Origin: a plasmid
Assembly (NCBI RefSeq): GCF_054482595.1
Contig: NZ_JBTHVH010000004.1
Direction: 5' to 3' (one strand)
Length of the DNA stretch: 64,000 bases
The notes under the pieces were generated by a model. It saw only the letters and a list, made by a program, of their open reading frames with translations. It ran no database searches and was not told the DNA's origin. Below, piece after piece: positions 19,023 through 28,304 of this stretch (position 1 is its first letter; each line of letters starts with the position of its first letter). The position numbers were made by a program, and so were the translations under genes.

Positions 19023-19601
19023 ATGAGTGTTTCTCTTTCCAAAGGCGGGAACGTCTCCCTGAGTAAAGCAGCTCCGTCAATGAAAAACGTCCTGGTGGGC
19101 CTTGGCTGGGATGCGCGTTCAACAGACGGTCAGGACTTTGACCTGGATGCTTCAGCGTTCCTGCTGGCCTCAAACGGCAAAGTGCGCGGCGATTCAGATT
19201 TCATCTTCTATAACAACCTGACGTCATCTGACGGTTCCGTAACCCATACCGGTGATAACCGTACCGGTGAAGGTGATGGTGATGATGAATCGCTGAAAAT
19301 TAAACTGGACGCCGTCCCGTCTGATGTTGACAAGATCATCTTCGTTGTCACTATCCATGATGCTCAGGCTCGTCGCCAGAGCTTTGGTCAGGTATCCGGT
19401 GCGTTTATTCGCCTGGTCAATGACGATAACCAGACTGAAGTCGCTCGCTACGATCTGACCGAAGATGCGTCCACTGAGACTGCCATGCTGTTCGGCGAGC
19501 TGTATCGCCACAATGGTGAGTGGAAATTCCGCGCAGTGGGCCAGGGTTATGCTGGTGGTCTGGCATCTGTATGTGCTCAGTACGGCATTAACGCGTCCTG
19601 A
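19023..19601 (+). CDS. terD: Tellurite resistance protein TerD
   Basis: '[15 protein letters not shown]'; 192 aa. Confidence 0.85.
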   Translation: MSVSLSKGGNVSLSKAAPSMKNVLVGLGWDARSTDGQDFDLDASAFLLASNGKVRGDSDFIFYNNLTSSDGSVTHTGDNRTGEGDGDDESLKIKLDAVPSDVDKIIFVVTIHDAQARRQSFGQVSGAFIRLVNDDNQTEVARYDLTEDASTETAMLFGELYRHNGEWKFRAVGQGYAGGLASVCAQYGINAS

Positions 19602-19668
19602 TCGAAAAGTAACTTTTCACCCGGGGCTGTTAATGCAGCCCTCATTCAACTGTTTGCAGGAGCTAAAA

Positions 19669-20244
19669 ATGGCAGTTTCTCTCGTAAAAGGCGGCAACGT
19701 ATCTCTGACCAAAGAAGCACCAACCATGAATATCGCTATGGTTGGCCTCGGCTGGGATGCCCGTGTAACTGACGGTCAGGCTTTTGACCTGGACGCTTCC
19801 GTGTTCGCAGTAGGCGAAGACGGTAAAGTGCTGTCAGATGCGCATTTCATTTTCTTCAATAACAAAACCAGCCCTGATGGCGCGGTAGAGCACCAGGGCG
19901 ACAACCGTACCGGTGAAGGCGACGGTGACGATGAGCAGGTCAAAATCGATCTGACCAAAGTCTCAGCAGATATCAAAAAACTGGTGTTTGCCGTTACCAT
20001 CTATGATGCAGAAGCGCGTAAACAAAACTTCGGCATGGTGAGCAACAGCTTCATACGCGTTTACAACAACGACAACGGCACGGAAATTGCCCGTTTCGAT
20101 CTGTCTGAAGATGCCTCAACCGAAACCGCTATGGTCTTCGGTGAACTGTATCGTCATGGCGCTGAGTGGAAGTTTAAAGCTGTCGGTCAGGGCTTTGCCG
20201 GTGGCCTGGCGGCTCTTGCCTCCCAGCACGGCGTTAACATCTAA
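19669..20244 (+). CDS. terE: Tellurite resistance protein TerE
   Basis: '[15 protein letters not shown]'; ATG at 19669; the track N-extension is rejected. Confidence 0.85.
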   Translation: MAVSLVKGGNVSLTKEAPTMNIAMVGLGWDARVTDGQAFDLDASVFAVGEDGKVLSDAHFIFFNNKTSPDGAVEHQGDNRTGEGDGDDEQVKIDLTKVSADIKKLVFAVTIYDAEARKQNFGMVSNSFIRVYNNDNGTEIARFDLSEDASTETAMVFGELYRHGAEWKFKAVGQGFAGGLAALASQHGVNI

Positions 20245-20261
20245 AACAACGCTGAATCATA

Positions 20262-20287
20262 CCCCGGCAATGCCGGGGTTTTTTTTG
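20262..20287 (+). terminator. Rho-independent terminator after terE
   Basis: 'CCCCGGCAATGCCGGGG' hairpin followed by T9. Confidence 0.65.
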
Positions 20288-20672
20288 GTTGCGATCCGCT
20301 TTCAGGAGGGAGTAGTAGAAAGGGGACTGGAAATTTCAGAAAGCAGGTCATGTTAATTCAGACCTGAGCCTTTTAAAGGCAGGAAACGGATTTATCTCTG
20401 GTTGCTGGTTAAAGCCGGTATTCCGTGCCTTTTATCAACAGAATGCCCCTCTGATATATGTTACTTTTGCGGTTTATGAAGGAACGGGATCTGGAACATA
20501 AGATACCCGGTCAATCAAAATTCCAGTTCAACAGGTATAGAAACTTCAGCGTGATGAAATATGGTGTCACACCATATATACGCCTCACCAGAAATCCAGC
20601 GTCCTGAACTAAGCCTGGGGAACATATATAAGCGCTGCGCTTTAAAAATAATCAAAAATCAGGAGAGTTAAT

Positions 20673-21914
20673 GTGAATCTACAATCCGGACAAAACATAC
20701 CGCTTCAGCAATCTGCGATCAGGCTGAATCTTCAGTACCCTGCCAAATCCGGCTTTAAAGGCGAACCCGATACCTGCCTCTTCCTGCTTAATGCTCAGGG
20801 AAAGGTAACCGGCGATTCTGACTTTATCTTTTATAATAATCTGTCTTCTCCTGAAGGGGCAGTAAAGCTCGTTACCGGTTCTCAGCAGTCCAGCATTGAG
20901 ATAGCACTGGATCGTGTTCCGGCGAACGTCAGTAAGATTGCGATCACCGTTGTCATTGATGGTGAAGATACTATCAGTGGGCTCAGTTTATTGAGCATTC
21001 AGGCTCCTGGTATCGCTGATTTTCAGGCTGAGACTCAGGGCCGCAGTGAGAAAGCAATCATCCTGGGTGAAGTATATCGGCACAATGGCGCCTGGAAGCT
21101 TCGTGCGCTCGGGCAGGGTTTCAACGGTGGTCTTGAGCCTCTGGCCATTAGCTTTGGCGTTGATGTCGCACAGCCAGCTCCGCAGCCAGCAAAGCCTGCT
21201 CGTATCAGTCTGGAAAAGAAACTTGAAACCAGATCTCCGCGCCTCGTAAGCCTCGCTAAAAAAGCCTCGGTCAGTCTCACTAAAAATAAACTGGACACCC
21301 TTGAGGCAGCGGTTGCATTTGTACTTGACGCATCCGGCTCAATGAGTGGCCAGTTCAGTAAGGGCAACGTTCAGTCTGTGCTGGACCGCATCGCCGTTCT
21401 TGCCGCCCAGTTCGACGACGACGGTGAAATGGATGTCTGGGGATTTGGAGAGAAGCACAAGAAGTATCCAAACGTCACACTGGACAACCTGGACACATAT
21501 ATTCAGTCCATTCGCGGGTCTGGAAAGCGTTCAGCCTGGGAGAACCTGCCGGGACTTGGTGGGACAAACAATGAGCCCCCTGTGATGGAAGAAATTGTCG
21601 ACTACTTTAAGGACTCGAAAATCCCGGTATATGTTGTATTTATTACCGATGGCGGGATCAGCAAGACCCGGGCGATTAAAGATGCAATCCGGCGTTCTGC
21701 CAACTACCCCATCTTCTGGAAGTTTGTCGGCCTGGGTGGTTCAAGCTACGGTATCCTCAAAAATCTGGATGACTTTACTGACCGCCGGGTTGATAACACC
21801 CACTTCTTTGCCATGGATGATTTCGGTTCGATCAGCGATGAAAAGTTATATGATAATTTACTGGAAGAATTCAGACCGTGGATCGATGAAACAAAAAGGT
21901 TAGGCATCCTGTAA
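20673..21914 (+). CDS. terF: TerF: TerD-like N-terminal domain fused to a C-terminal vWA domain
   Basis: GTG start at 20673 with AGGAGAG RBS; C-terminal half has MIDAS '[12 protein letters not shown]'. Confidence 0.8.
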
Positions 21915-21942
21915 TACGCACAGTTTTCGCATGGTTAAAGGA

Positions 21943-21970
21943 GCTCTACAGCAGCTTAATACTGTAGAGC
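21943..21970 (+). terminator. Hairpin (terminator candidate) after terF
   Basis: 9-bp arms 'GCTCTACAG'/'CTGTAGAGC' with a 10-nt loop; downstream T-tract is weak. Confidence 0.4.
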
Positions 21971-22004
21971 CTTTGTTCACTGGAAATCGTACAGGGAGGA
22001 GCAT

Positions 22005-22136
22005 ATGGACCGCATCAAGTACCTGAAATGGATAGCTGAAGAATCACCAACTGATGATGAAATCGACAACTACGATAGTATCATTAGTCGGGGCGCAGAA
22101 AGGGCCGAGAAGGTTCAGTTGTCTTTAAGACGTTAA
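22005..22136 (+). CDS. Small hypothetical protein (43 aa)
   Basis: ATG preceded by a strong GGGAGGAG RBS; not in the ORF track (<60 aa); translation 'MDRIKYLKWIAEESPTDDEIDNYDSIISRGAERAEKVQLSLRR'. Confidence 0.3.
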   Translation: MDRIKYLKWIAEESPTDDEIDNYDSIISRGAERAEKVQLSLRR

Positions 22137-22476
22137 TATACGGGAGTTTAAATGTTCGCAGAAATCAAAGATAATTATTCGTTAGGTGGATAAAGAAAGG
22201 TTGCCATTACCAGCTTTCGACGAGTCGAAAATAAAAACCTTATTTATAGTGACAGGGAGTATGAGCTGACGCTTGCCAATGGAACAATAATTAAAAATGT
22301 ACTTAGAAAAGAAGAGTGGGAACTGTTAGAAAGCAATTCAATTAAGGTTATATTATAACGAAAATATATTTACAGTTTTGGATAGGTTTCAAACGAGTCC
22401 GGACATTTGTACCTGAAGTATCTGACATTACAGTTAAGTGACGATTATGTCAGCACGTCTGTTGCTGGCAGCTTAG

Positions 22477-22758
22477 CTATCGGTCTAAAAGCTGATCCAT
22501 TAATAATTCTTCGTAAAGCCCAGAGGTATCGGGCTTTATTACAATATCCGTTATTTCGAAGCGTTCAAGTACAAATTGCAGATATTCCGGAGTAACGTAG
22601 TAGGGATCAGGTTCAGCCAGATTAGTATAGAGTGGGTCTTCTGCTGCATTAATGTCATAATCAATGCACATATGAAACCACTGCAAAGGTGGATCCCAGC
22701 CTAACATCACCTGAACAATTCCCTGATTGCTTTTCACCTCATACCAGTGCTGGCTCAT
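22477..22758 (-). CDS. Hypothetical protein (93 aa)
   Basis: ORF with no recognisable motif; last of three co-oriented minus-strand small genes. Confidence 0.4.
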   Translation of the reverse strand: MSQHWYEVKSNQGIVQVMLGWDPPLQWFHMCIDYDINAAEDPLYTNLAEPDPYYVTPEYLQFVLERFEITDIVIKPDTSGLYEELLMDQLLDR

Positions 22759-22807
22759 ACTTAGTCCTTAAGAAAATTTGTCATCGGAAAATAACACGAA
22801 GCCTGCA

Positions 22808-22999
22808 TCATCGAGGCGCATAACCTTCTTCCCTTAACGCCTGTTGTAATTTATCAACTGCGCTTTTCATTACCCAGGCTTCTTCGTCACTCACAGCACA
22901 ACCACGTAGATCGCTCCAGCTCAGACGTTTAACAAATTGAGCAAGGGCCATAGTTTCGTTCTCATCAAGCCGCAAACTCAGTGTCTCAATACCTTCCAC
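22808..22999 (-). CDS. Hypothetical small protein (63 aa)
   Basis: ORF in a minus-strand run of small genes; no family recognised. Confidence 0.35.
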   Translation of the reverse strand: MEGIETLSLRLDENETMALAQFVKRLSWSDLRGCAVSDEEAWVMKSAVDKLQQALREEGYAPR

Positions 23000-23090
23000 T
23001 ATCTAACCTCCCTTATAATGAAAAATGGCGCTTTACTTCTGACCAGATGCCGAAGCCTTGAATGCAGCCGGAACTGTCGTTGTTTCTACT

Positions 23091-23462
23091 TTACAGAAAT
23101 GGAATTAAAAAGTGGTGATGCTGGGCACGTTTCTTTTCCAGCCGGGGTTTAAGCCAGAGCTGAAACTCATTCAACTTCTCAGCAGCCAAAACCGCTTCAA
23201 CGGGGAAAACTTTATATTTACCCTGTTGCTGAGGTTCACCCAGCCATCGCCTGATGGCTCCGTCAGTCCATAAACGAGTCTCTTTTAGCCTAGTTACAGT
23301 GACCCATTTTCTGGACCATTCATCAAATTGTCGCTGGCGATCCCGATAACGTTGTTCTTCCTGCTGCCGAAGCCACTCGCGATCAACAGCAAATTTTCGG
23401 TATCCAACAAAGAGCCCTTGTACTTTGGCCATGTCATATTCCGGTTGCTTAGAGTTACTCAT
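23091..23462 (-). CDS. Hypothetical protein (123 aa, Arg/Gln-rich)
   Basis: ORF; first gene of the minus-strand small-gene run. Confidence 0.4.
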   Translation of the reverse strand: MSNSKQPEYDMAKVQGLFVGYRKFAVDREWLRQQEEQRYRDRQRQFDEWSRKWVTVTRLKETRLWTDGAIRRWLGEPQQQGKYKVFPVEAVLAAEKLNEFQLWLKPRLEKKRAQHHHFLIPFL

Positions 23463-23804
23463 TCAACCAAAACCTAAACGTCGATACAAACTCTGTTTCA
23501 TAACCAGGGTTTTATCCTTACCGCGACAGTAAGTAACAGGGGCTGCATAAACCGGTCATTTAGTCCGTTATGCAAAAATTATTGAGGATCCGGGCTGTTA
23601 AACTGTTCTTCCTCTTTCGCTTCCGGTGAAAAGGGGAGGTGTCACCCTGCGAGCCCGTGTAGTGAAAGGGATTCGTCGTAATACAGGCCAAAGGCTAACA
23701 TGACCGCAAAGGACGCCCGGGCGACCGGATACCTGCCGGGTTGTGCGATGTAAAATCCGGAAGCAGTGATAACACAAACAGGCCCCTACAGAGTAAGGAT
23801 TGTG

Positions 23805-24197
23805 ATGGACGATAAAGAGCAGTTTACGAATCTTGTGGCAAAGCATGCCTCCGGACTCACCGAAGAGCAGCTGGCCGGGTACGATGCCTGTTCCCTGGAT
23901 GGTGAATGCGTCACGCCTTCATACGAGGTTTTCCGGGGGTATCGTACCCGCCACACACTGGATGAATTTCTGGAGATGGCCATATCGCTGAATGCCATCC
24001 ACCCGGATGAATATTTAACGGATATGCTGCTGAAGCCTCATGAGGTGATCGGCGCTCTGGCCGATGAAGGCGACCAGCTGAACAACGCCACCCCGGTTTA
24101 TTTCTTTCCGGATACCGGCGTCTATGCAGCGGCCGTTAGTGAAACCCGGGTGCTCGATGCCTGGCTTTGCTGGCCATGCTACCCGGCGAACTGGTAA
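23805..24197 (+). CDS. Hypothetical protein (about 130 aa)
   Basis: ORF 23766..24197; internal Met (MDDKEQ) is the likely start; no family recognised. Confidence 0.35.
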   Translation: MDDKEQFTNLVAKHASGLTEEQLAGYDACSLDGECVTPSYEVFRGYRTRHTLDEFLEMAISLNAIHPDEYLTDMLLKPHEVIGALADEGDQLNNATPVYFFPDTGVYAAAVSETRVLDAWLCWPCYPANW

Positions 24198-24265
24198 CGC
24201 GGCCGTTGGAATTGCACCGGCCGGATACGAATTTAACCGACCCCGTGGCGGGAAGGCTATCAGAG

Positions 24266-24518
24266 TTGCATGTCCTCATCCCTCAAGCCCCCTGCCAGGC
24301 CCCAACGTGCTGTCAGGCTTCGCCTGATTCCCGATCTGCGCCGATACTTCAGCCGATAACTTTTTGTTTTCTTTTTATTTTCTTCCCATTTCCTCAAAAA
24401 TCGCGGGCGGCGTGGACAGGGCACCATTGCCGCATGTGGGGTCTTAATAAGGGCAGGGTGGTCAGTTTTGCTCGATGCCAGGGGTAGGCCCTCCCCTTCA
24501 TGGGATGAGGACATGCAA
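24266..24518. repeat. 17-bp perfect inverted-repeat pair bracketing about 219 bp
   Basis: 'TTGCATGTCCTCATCCC' at about 24266..24282 and its exact reverse complement at about 24502..24518. Confidence 0.6.
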
Positions 24519-24669
24519 GTAAGCTAACTATCTGAAATGACGAAGGTTAATTTGGTGAATGTCGCTTCATATTAATGTTGTGTCACTTATGATCGTATGT
24601 AGCTGGTTGCAAAGAGGAGCGATGAGACAATAAAGTTGTATCGCTAACAAGATTTATGCTGCCACATAG

Positions 24670-24771
24670 TAACAGCCTAAAAGTTGTACGCCCTATTTAA
24701 CAGCTTTTAGGCTGTTAATTTGATATTACAGCTTTTAGGGTGTATGTTTAGGAAACAGCCTGCAAGGTGTA
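24670..24771. promoter_or_regulatory. Array of four operator-like palindromes upstream of hipB
   Basis: Four related sites at about 24670, 24698, 24726 and 24753 (28-bp spacing), consensus ACAGC-N6-8-GTGT(A); the second is a perfect palindrome AACAGC-TTTTAG-GCTGTT. Confidence 0.55.
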
Positions 24772-24797
24772 TCAGAGGAAACTACTGAGGCCAGCTT

Positions 24798-25094
24798 ATG
24801 ATCAATAATGATTACCCGTTAAACACGCTCAACCAGCTGCGTCCCTTGCTCATTGGTTTTCGCAAGGCGAATGGCCTGACGCAAAAAGACCTGTCCGAAA
24901 GGTTAGGCGTCACTCAACAGACATACTCACGTCTGGAAGCCAACCCTGCCAGTGCGAGCATTGAACGGCTATTCAAGGTGTTTTCCATCCTGGGCGTAAA
25001 AATCAGCTTCTCCTCGGCAACCACCTCTTCAGAGAGGAAGCAGACGGAAGAAATGCTTAAATCAAACTCACCTGCACGACAGGAGGATTGGTAA
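24798..25094 (+). CDS. hipB: HipB-like antitoxin (XRE-family HTH)
   Basis: HTH 'LTQKDLSERLGVTQQTYSRLE'; directly upstream of the hipA-like gene. Confidence 0.8.
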   Translation: MINNDYPLNTLNQLRPLLIGFRKANGLTQKDLSERLGVTQQTYSRLEANPASASIERLFKVFSILGVKISFSSATTSSERKQTEEMLKSNSPARQEDW

Positions 25095-25098
25095 CGAT

Positions 25099-26424
25099 AT
25101 GAGCCGGAAACAGCAACGTCTGGTAATTTGGATGAACGGCATCAAAGTCGGGTACTGGGAAAAAAGCAAAGGGGTAGACAGCTTAGAATACCTTCCTGAA
25201 TGGGTTGCTGACGAACAGGGAAGGCCGCTGTCATTGTCCCTTCCTTTTACTCCCGGGAACCAGGTCTGGCGTGGAAATGTGGTACGTGACTATTTTGATA
25301 ATTTACTGCCGGACAGCGAAGGCATACGCAGACGTCTGGCAATGCGTTACAAGGCCGATAGCCTGGAGCCTTTTGATCTGCTGACGGAGCTGGGAAAAGA
25401 CTGCGTGGGCGCGATACAGCTGCTTCATGACGGAGATGAACCCACTGATTTATATTCCGTGAAGTATCACCCGCTTACTGAATCAGAAATTGCGGCAACT
25501 TTGCGTAATACCACGGAGACATTGCTACCGGGCAGGCCAGAAGATAACGACGACTTACGTTTATCTATTGCCGGTGCTCAGGAGAAAACAGCCCTACTGT
25601 GGCATGAAGATCGGTGGTGTATGCCGGAGGGTAATACACCAACGACGCATATATTCAAGCTACCGCTCGGACTTGTGGGGAACATGAAAGCCGACATGAG
25701 CTCGTCGGTTGAAAATGAATGGCTCTGCTCGGTACTTCTCGGCCAGTACGGGCTCCCCGTGGCAAGAACGCAGATTGCTCACTTTGAAGATCAGAAAGCG
25801 CTGGTGGTAGAACGTTTTGACCGAAAATGGTCAGGAGACGGACAATGGATCATTCGTTTACCCCAGGAGGATATGTGTCAGGCCCTGGGCGTTTCGCCAT
25901 TACGAAAATATCAGGCGGACGGCGGGCCAGGTATATCGGAAATTATGGAGGTTCTGAGTAATTCAGACCGTGCTGAGCGTGACAAAGCGCAGTTTTTTAT
26001 GACGCAGATAATTTTCTGGATGATGGCCGCAACAGATGGCCACGCTAAAAATTTCAGTATTTCTATTGGGCCACAGGGACGTTATCACCTTACACCAAAC
26101 TATGATGTGTTGTCGGCATGGCCGGTGATCGGTCATGGGAACAATCAGATATCCTGGCAGAAGTGCAAATTGGCGATGGCCGTACGTGGCAGTAGCAACT
26201 ATTACCAGATATATCGAATACAACGACGCCACTGGATCAGGCATGGTGAGATAACCGGCCTGAGTAAACAGCAGACAGAGGCGATGATAGAGGAAATCAT
26301 CGCCAGAACCCCAGGTGTCATTGAACGTGTTAGCGGGCTTCTTCCGGACCAGTTCCCCCAGCAGCTTGCGGAAAGTATTTTTGATGGAATGAGGCAGCAA
26401 TGCAGGCGCCTGGCTGAGAAATGA
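25099..26424 (+). CDS. hipA: HipA-family toxin kinase
   Basis: 441 aa; N-terminal region aligns by eye with E. coli HipA ('VGYW..YLPEWVA..RPLSLSLP..DNLLPDS..FDLL..G.DCVGA'); AGGAGGA RBS. Confidence 0.85.
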   Translation: MSRKQQRLVIWMNGIKVGYWEKSKGVDSLEYLPEWVADEQGRPLSLSLPFTPGNQVWRGNVVRDYFDNLLPDSEGIRRRLAMRYKADSLEPFDLLTELGKDCVGAIQLLHDGDEPTDLYSVKYHPLTESEIAATLRNTTETLLPGRPEDNDDLRLSIAGAQEKTALLWHEDRWCMPEGNTPTTHIFKLPLGLVGNMKADMSSSVENEWLCSVLLGQYGLPVARTQIAHFEDQKALVVERFDRKWSGDGQWIIRLPQEDMCQALGVSPLRKYQADGGPGISEIMEVLSNSDRAERDKAQFFMTQIIFWMMAATDGHAKNFSISIGPQGRYHLTPNYDVLSAWPVIGHGNNQISWQKCKLAMAVRGSSNYYQIYRIQRRHWIRHGEITGLSKQQTEAMIEEIIARTPGVIERVSGLLPDQFPQQLAESIFDGMRQQCRRLAEK

Positions 26425-26484
26425 CAGCCGCAATTTATAGTGTGCATGTTTTCAGAATAGCTGATGTAAGCGTGAGGATTCAGT

Positions 26485-26691
26485 ATGACTGAAGAACAAA
26501 AAAGAATAGAGCGGGCTATTGAGTTGGCTTGTCGTTACGGCGGAACCGATGAAATGCATCATCTGCAATGGGTCGTGGATCAGATGGTAAGAGAACTTGC
26601 TGGAGAACGTTATGCACAGATTGTAGCTGATGCCACCAGCGGAGAAGATGGGCCTGATACTTACAAATGGAGTGTTGGGATCGCGCCTTAA
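26485..26691 (+). CDS. Hypothetical small protein (68 aa)
   Basis: ORF only. Confidence 0.3.
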   Translation: MTEEQKRIERAIELACRYGGTDEMHHLQWVVDQMVRELAGERYAQIVADATSGEDGPDTYKWSVGIAP

Positions 26692-26792
26692 CAGCTGTCG
26701 GTCTGGGGGTGAAAACGTATTCTTCATTCAGCGAATTCCCAGGCTTCACATTAAGACTAAAGCGGCGGCCGCAGTAACGTAAGAGAAAATAA

Positions 26793-27203
26793 ATGGCTAT
26801 TTTAGCAATCATTGCAGTTATCGCCCTGGGTGGGTACGCCTACGGATTTATTAAAACCCGTGAGCTGAGCGCTTTGCGTAAAGAAATGAAACTATACGTG
26901 GATCGCATGGAAGCGGCGGAGCTGGACTTACACGCAATCAGAAGTGTAGCGGAGCACCGGTTGCACGGTGCAGGTAAACAGTTTGCCGACCTTTACAGCC
27001 GTATCGACGGTGCAACTGTGACGCTGACACCCGAAGATCAGCTGTTACTGGCAACGATGCCATTTAATATTCAGGATGTAGAAGACATCGTAAACGAGCG
27101 CGGTCCAAAGACAATTAGCGGCCGTCCATTCTGGGAAGTTGAGCCAGGCCCGCATGATTATGAATATGGCCCGCAATATCCGTATTTCCCAGACCAGCGC
27201 TAG
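26793..27203 (+). CDS. Hypothetical membrane-anchored protein (136 aa)
   Basis: ORF with an N-terminal hydrophobic segment. Confidence 0.4.
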   Translation: MAILAIIAVIALGGYAYGFIKTRELSALRKEMKLYVDRMEAAELDLHAIRSVAEHRLHGAGKQFADLYSRIDGATVTLTPEDQLLLATMPFNIQDVEDIVNERGPKTISGRPFWEVEPGPHDYEYGPQYPYFPDQR

Positions 27204-27215
27204 GAAGAGATCAAG

Positions 27216-27461
27216 ATGAGAGAGCCAAGACCACGCCATACCTTGCAGGTCATTCGTGTACCTTCTCTGGAGGTTCAGGACCTGGGGCTGACCAGCTTTG
27301 ATAGCTGGCTTGACGAGCACGGGTATGACAAAACGAATGCCAGAAATAACCGTACCATCTGGGCGAGAGAAGGCGGATGGCATCTGAAACGTTGCAGAAA
27401 TCTTGAAACTGGCACGGACGATTTCTGGTTTATCGCTTTCGATGGTAAAGGCGGGAAGATT
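27216..27461 (+). pseudogene. Hypothetical gene truncated at its 3' end by IS26
   Basis: The reading frame runs directly into the IS26 terminal inverted repeat at 27462. Confidence 0.4.
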
Positions 27462-28281
27462 GGCACTGTTGCAAAGTTAGCGATGAGGCAGCCTTTTGTC
27501 TTATTCAAAGGCCTTACATTTCAAAAACTCTGCTTACCAGGCGCATTTCGCCCAGGGGATCACCATAATAAAATGCTGAGGCCTGGCCTTTGCGTAGTGC
27601 ACGCATCACCTCAATACCTTTGATGGTGGCGTAAGCCGTCTTCATGGATTTAAATCCCAGCGTGGCGCCGATTATCCGTTTCAGTTTGCCATGATCGCAT
27701 TCAATCACGTTGTTCCGGTACTTAATCTGTCGGTGTTCAACGTCAGACGGGCACCGGCCTTCGCGTTTGAGCAGAGCAAGCGCGCGACCATAGGCGGGCG
27801 CTTTATCCGTGTTGATGAATCGCGGGATCTGCCACTTCTTCACGTTGTTGAGGATTTTACCCAGAAACCGGTATGCAGCTTTGCTGTTACGACGGGAGGA
27901 GAGATAAAAATCGACAGTGCGGCCCCGGCTGTCGACGGCCCGGTACAGATACGCCCAGCGGCCATTGACCTTCACGTAGGTTTCATCCATGTGCCACGGG
28001 CAAAGATCGGAAGGGTTACGCCAGTACCAGCGCAGCCGTTTTTCCATTTCAGGCGCATAACGCTGAACCCAGCGGTAAATCGTGGAGTGATCGACATTCA
28101 CTCCGCGTTCAGCCAGCATCTCCTGCAGCTCACGGTAACTGATGCCGTATTTGCAGTACCAGCGTACGGCCCACAGAATGATGTCACGCTGAAAATGCCG
28201 GCCTTTGAATGGGTTCATGTGCAGCTCCATCAGCAAAAGGGGATGATAAGTTTATCACCACCGACTATTTGCAACAGTGCC
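27462..28281 (-). mobile_element. IS26 copy 1 (820 bp)
   Basis: 14-bp terminal inverted repeats GGCACTGTTGCAAA at both ends; internal transposase identical in all five copies; no target-site duplication. Confidence 0.95.
27514..28218 (-). CDS. tnpA: IS26 transposase (234 aa)
   Basis: 'MNPFKGRHFQRDIILWAVRWYCKYGISYRELQEM...'; the track ORF includes a 6-codon upstream extension. Confidence 0.95.
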   Translation of the reverse strand: MNPFKGRHFQRDIILWAVRWYCKYGISYRELQEMLAERGVNVDHSTIYRWVQRYAPEMEKRLRWYWRNPSDLCPWHMDETYVKVNGRWAYLYRAVDSRGRTVDFYLSSRRNSKAAYRFLGKILNNVKKWQIPRFINTDKAPAYGRALALLKREGRCPSDVEHRQIKYRNNVIECDHGKLKRIIGATLGFKSMKTAYATIKGIEVMRALRKGQASAFYYGDPLGEMRLVSRVFEM

Positions 28282-28304
28282 GTTGATCGTGCTATGATCG
28301 ACTG

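Noticed and set aside
15695-20244. TerD-family paralogs as assembly duplication
   Set aside because: The paralogs differ substantially in sequence outside the shared Ca-binding motif, consistent with ancient duplication.
24167-24514. Overlapping ORFs 24167..24487 (+) and 24260..24514 (-)
   Set aside because: They span the 17-bp inverted-repeat element on both strands, with low-complexity translations and no RBS; more likely non-coding structured DNA.
24670-24771. Possible CRISPR-like or iteron array from the 28-bp periodic repeats
   Set aside because: Only four units, each internally palindromic, directly upstream of an HTH gene; this fits an operator array. No CRISPR repeats or cas genes were seen anywhere in the window.
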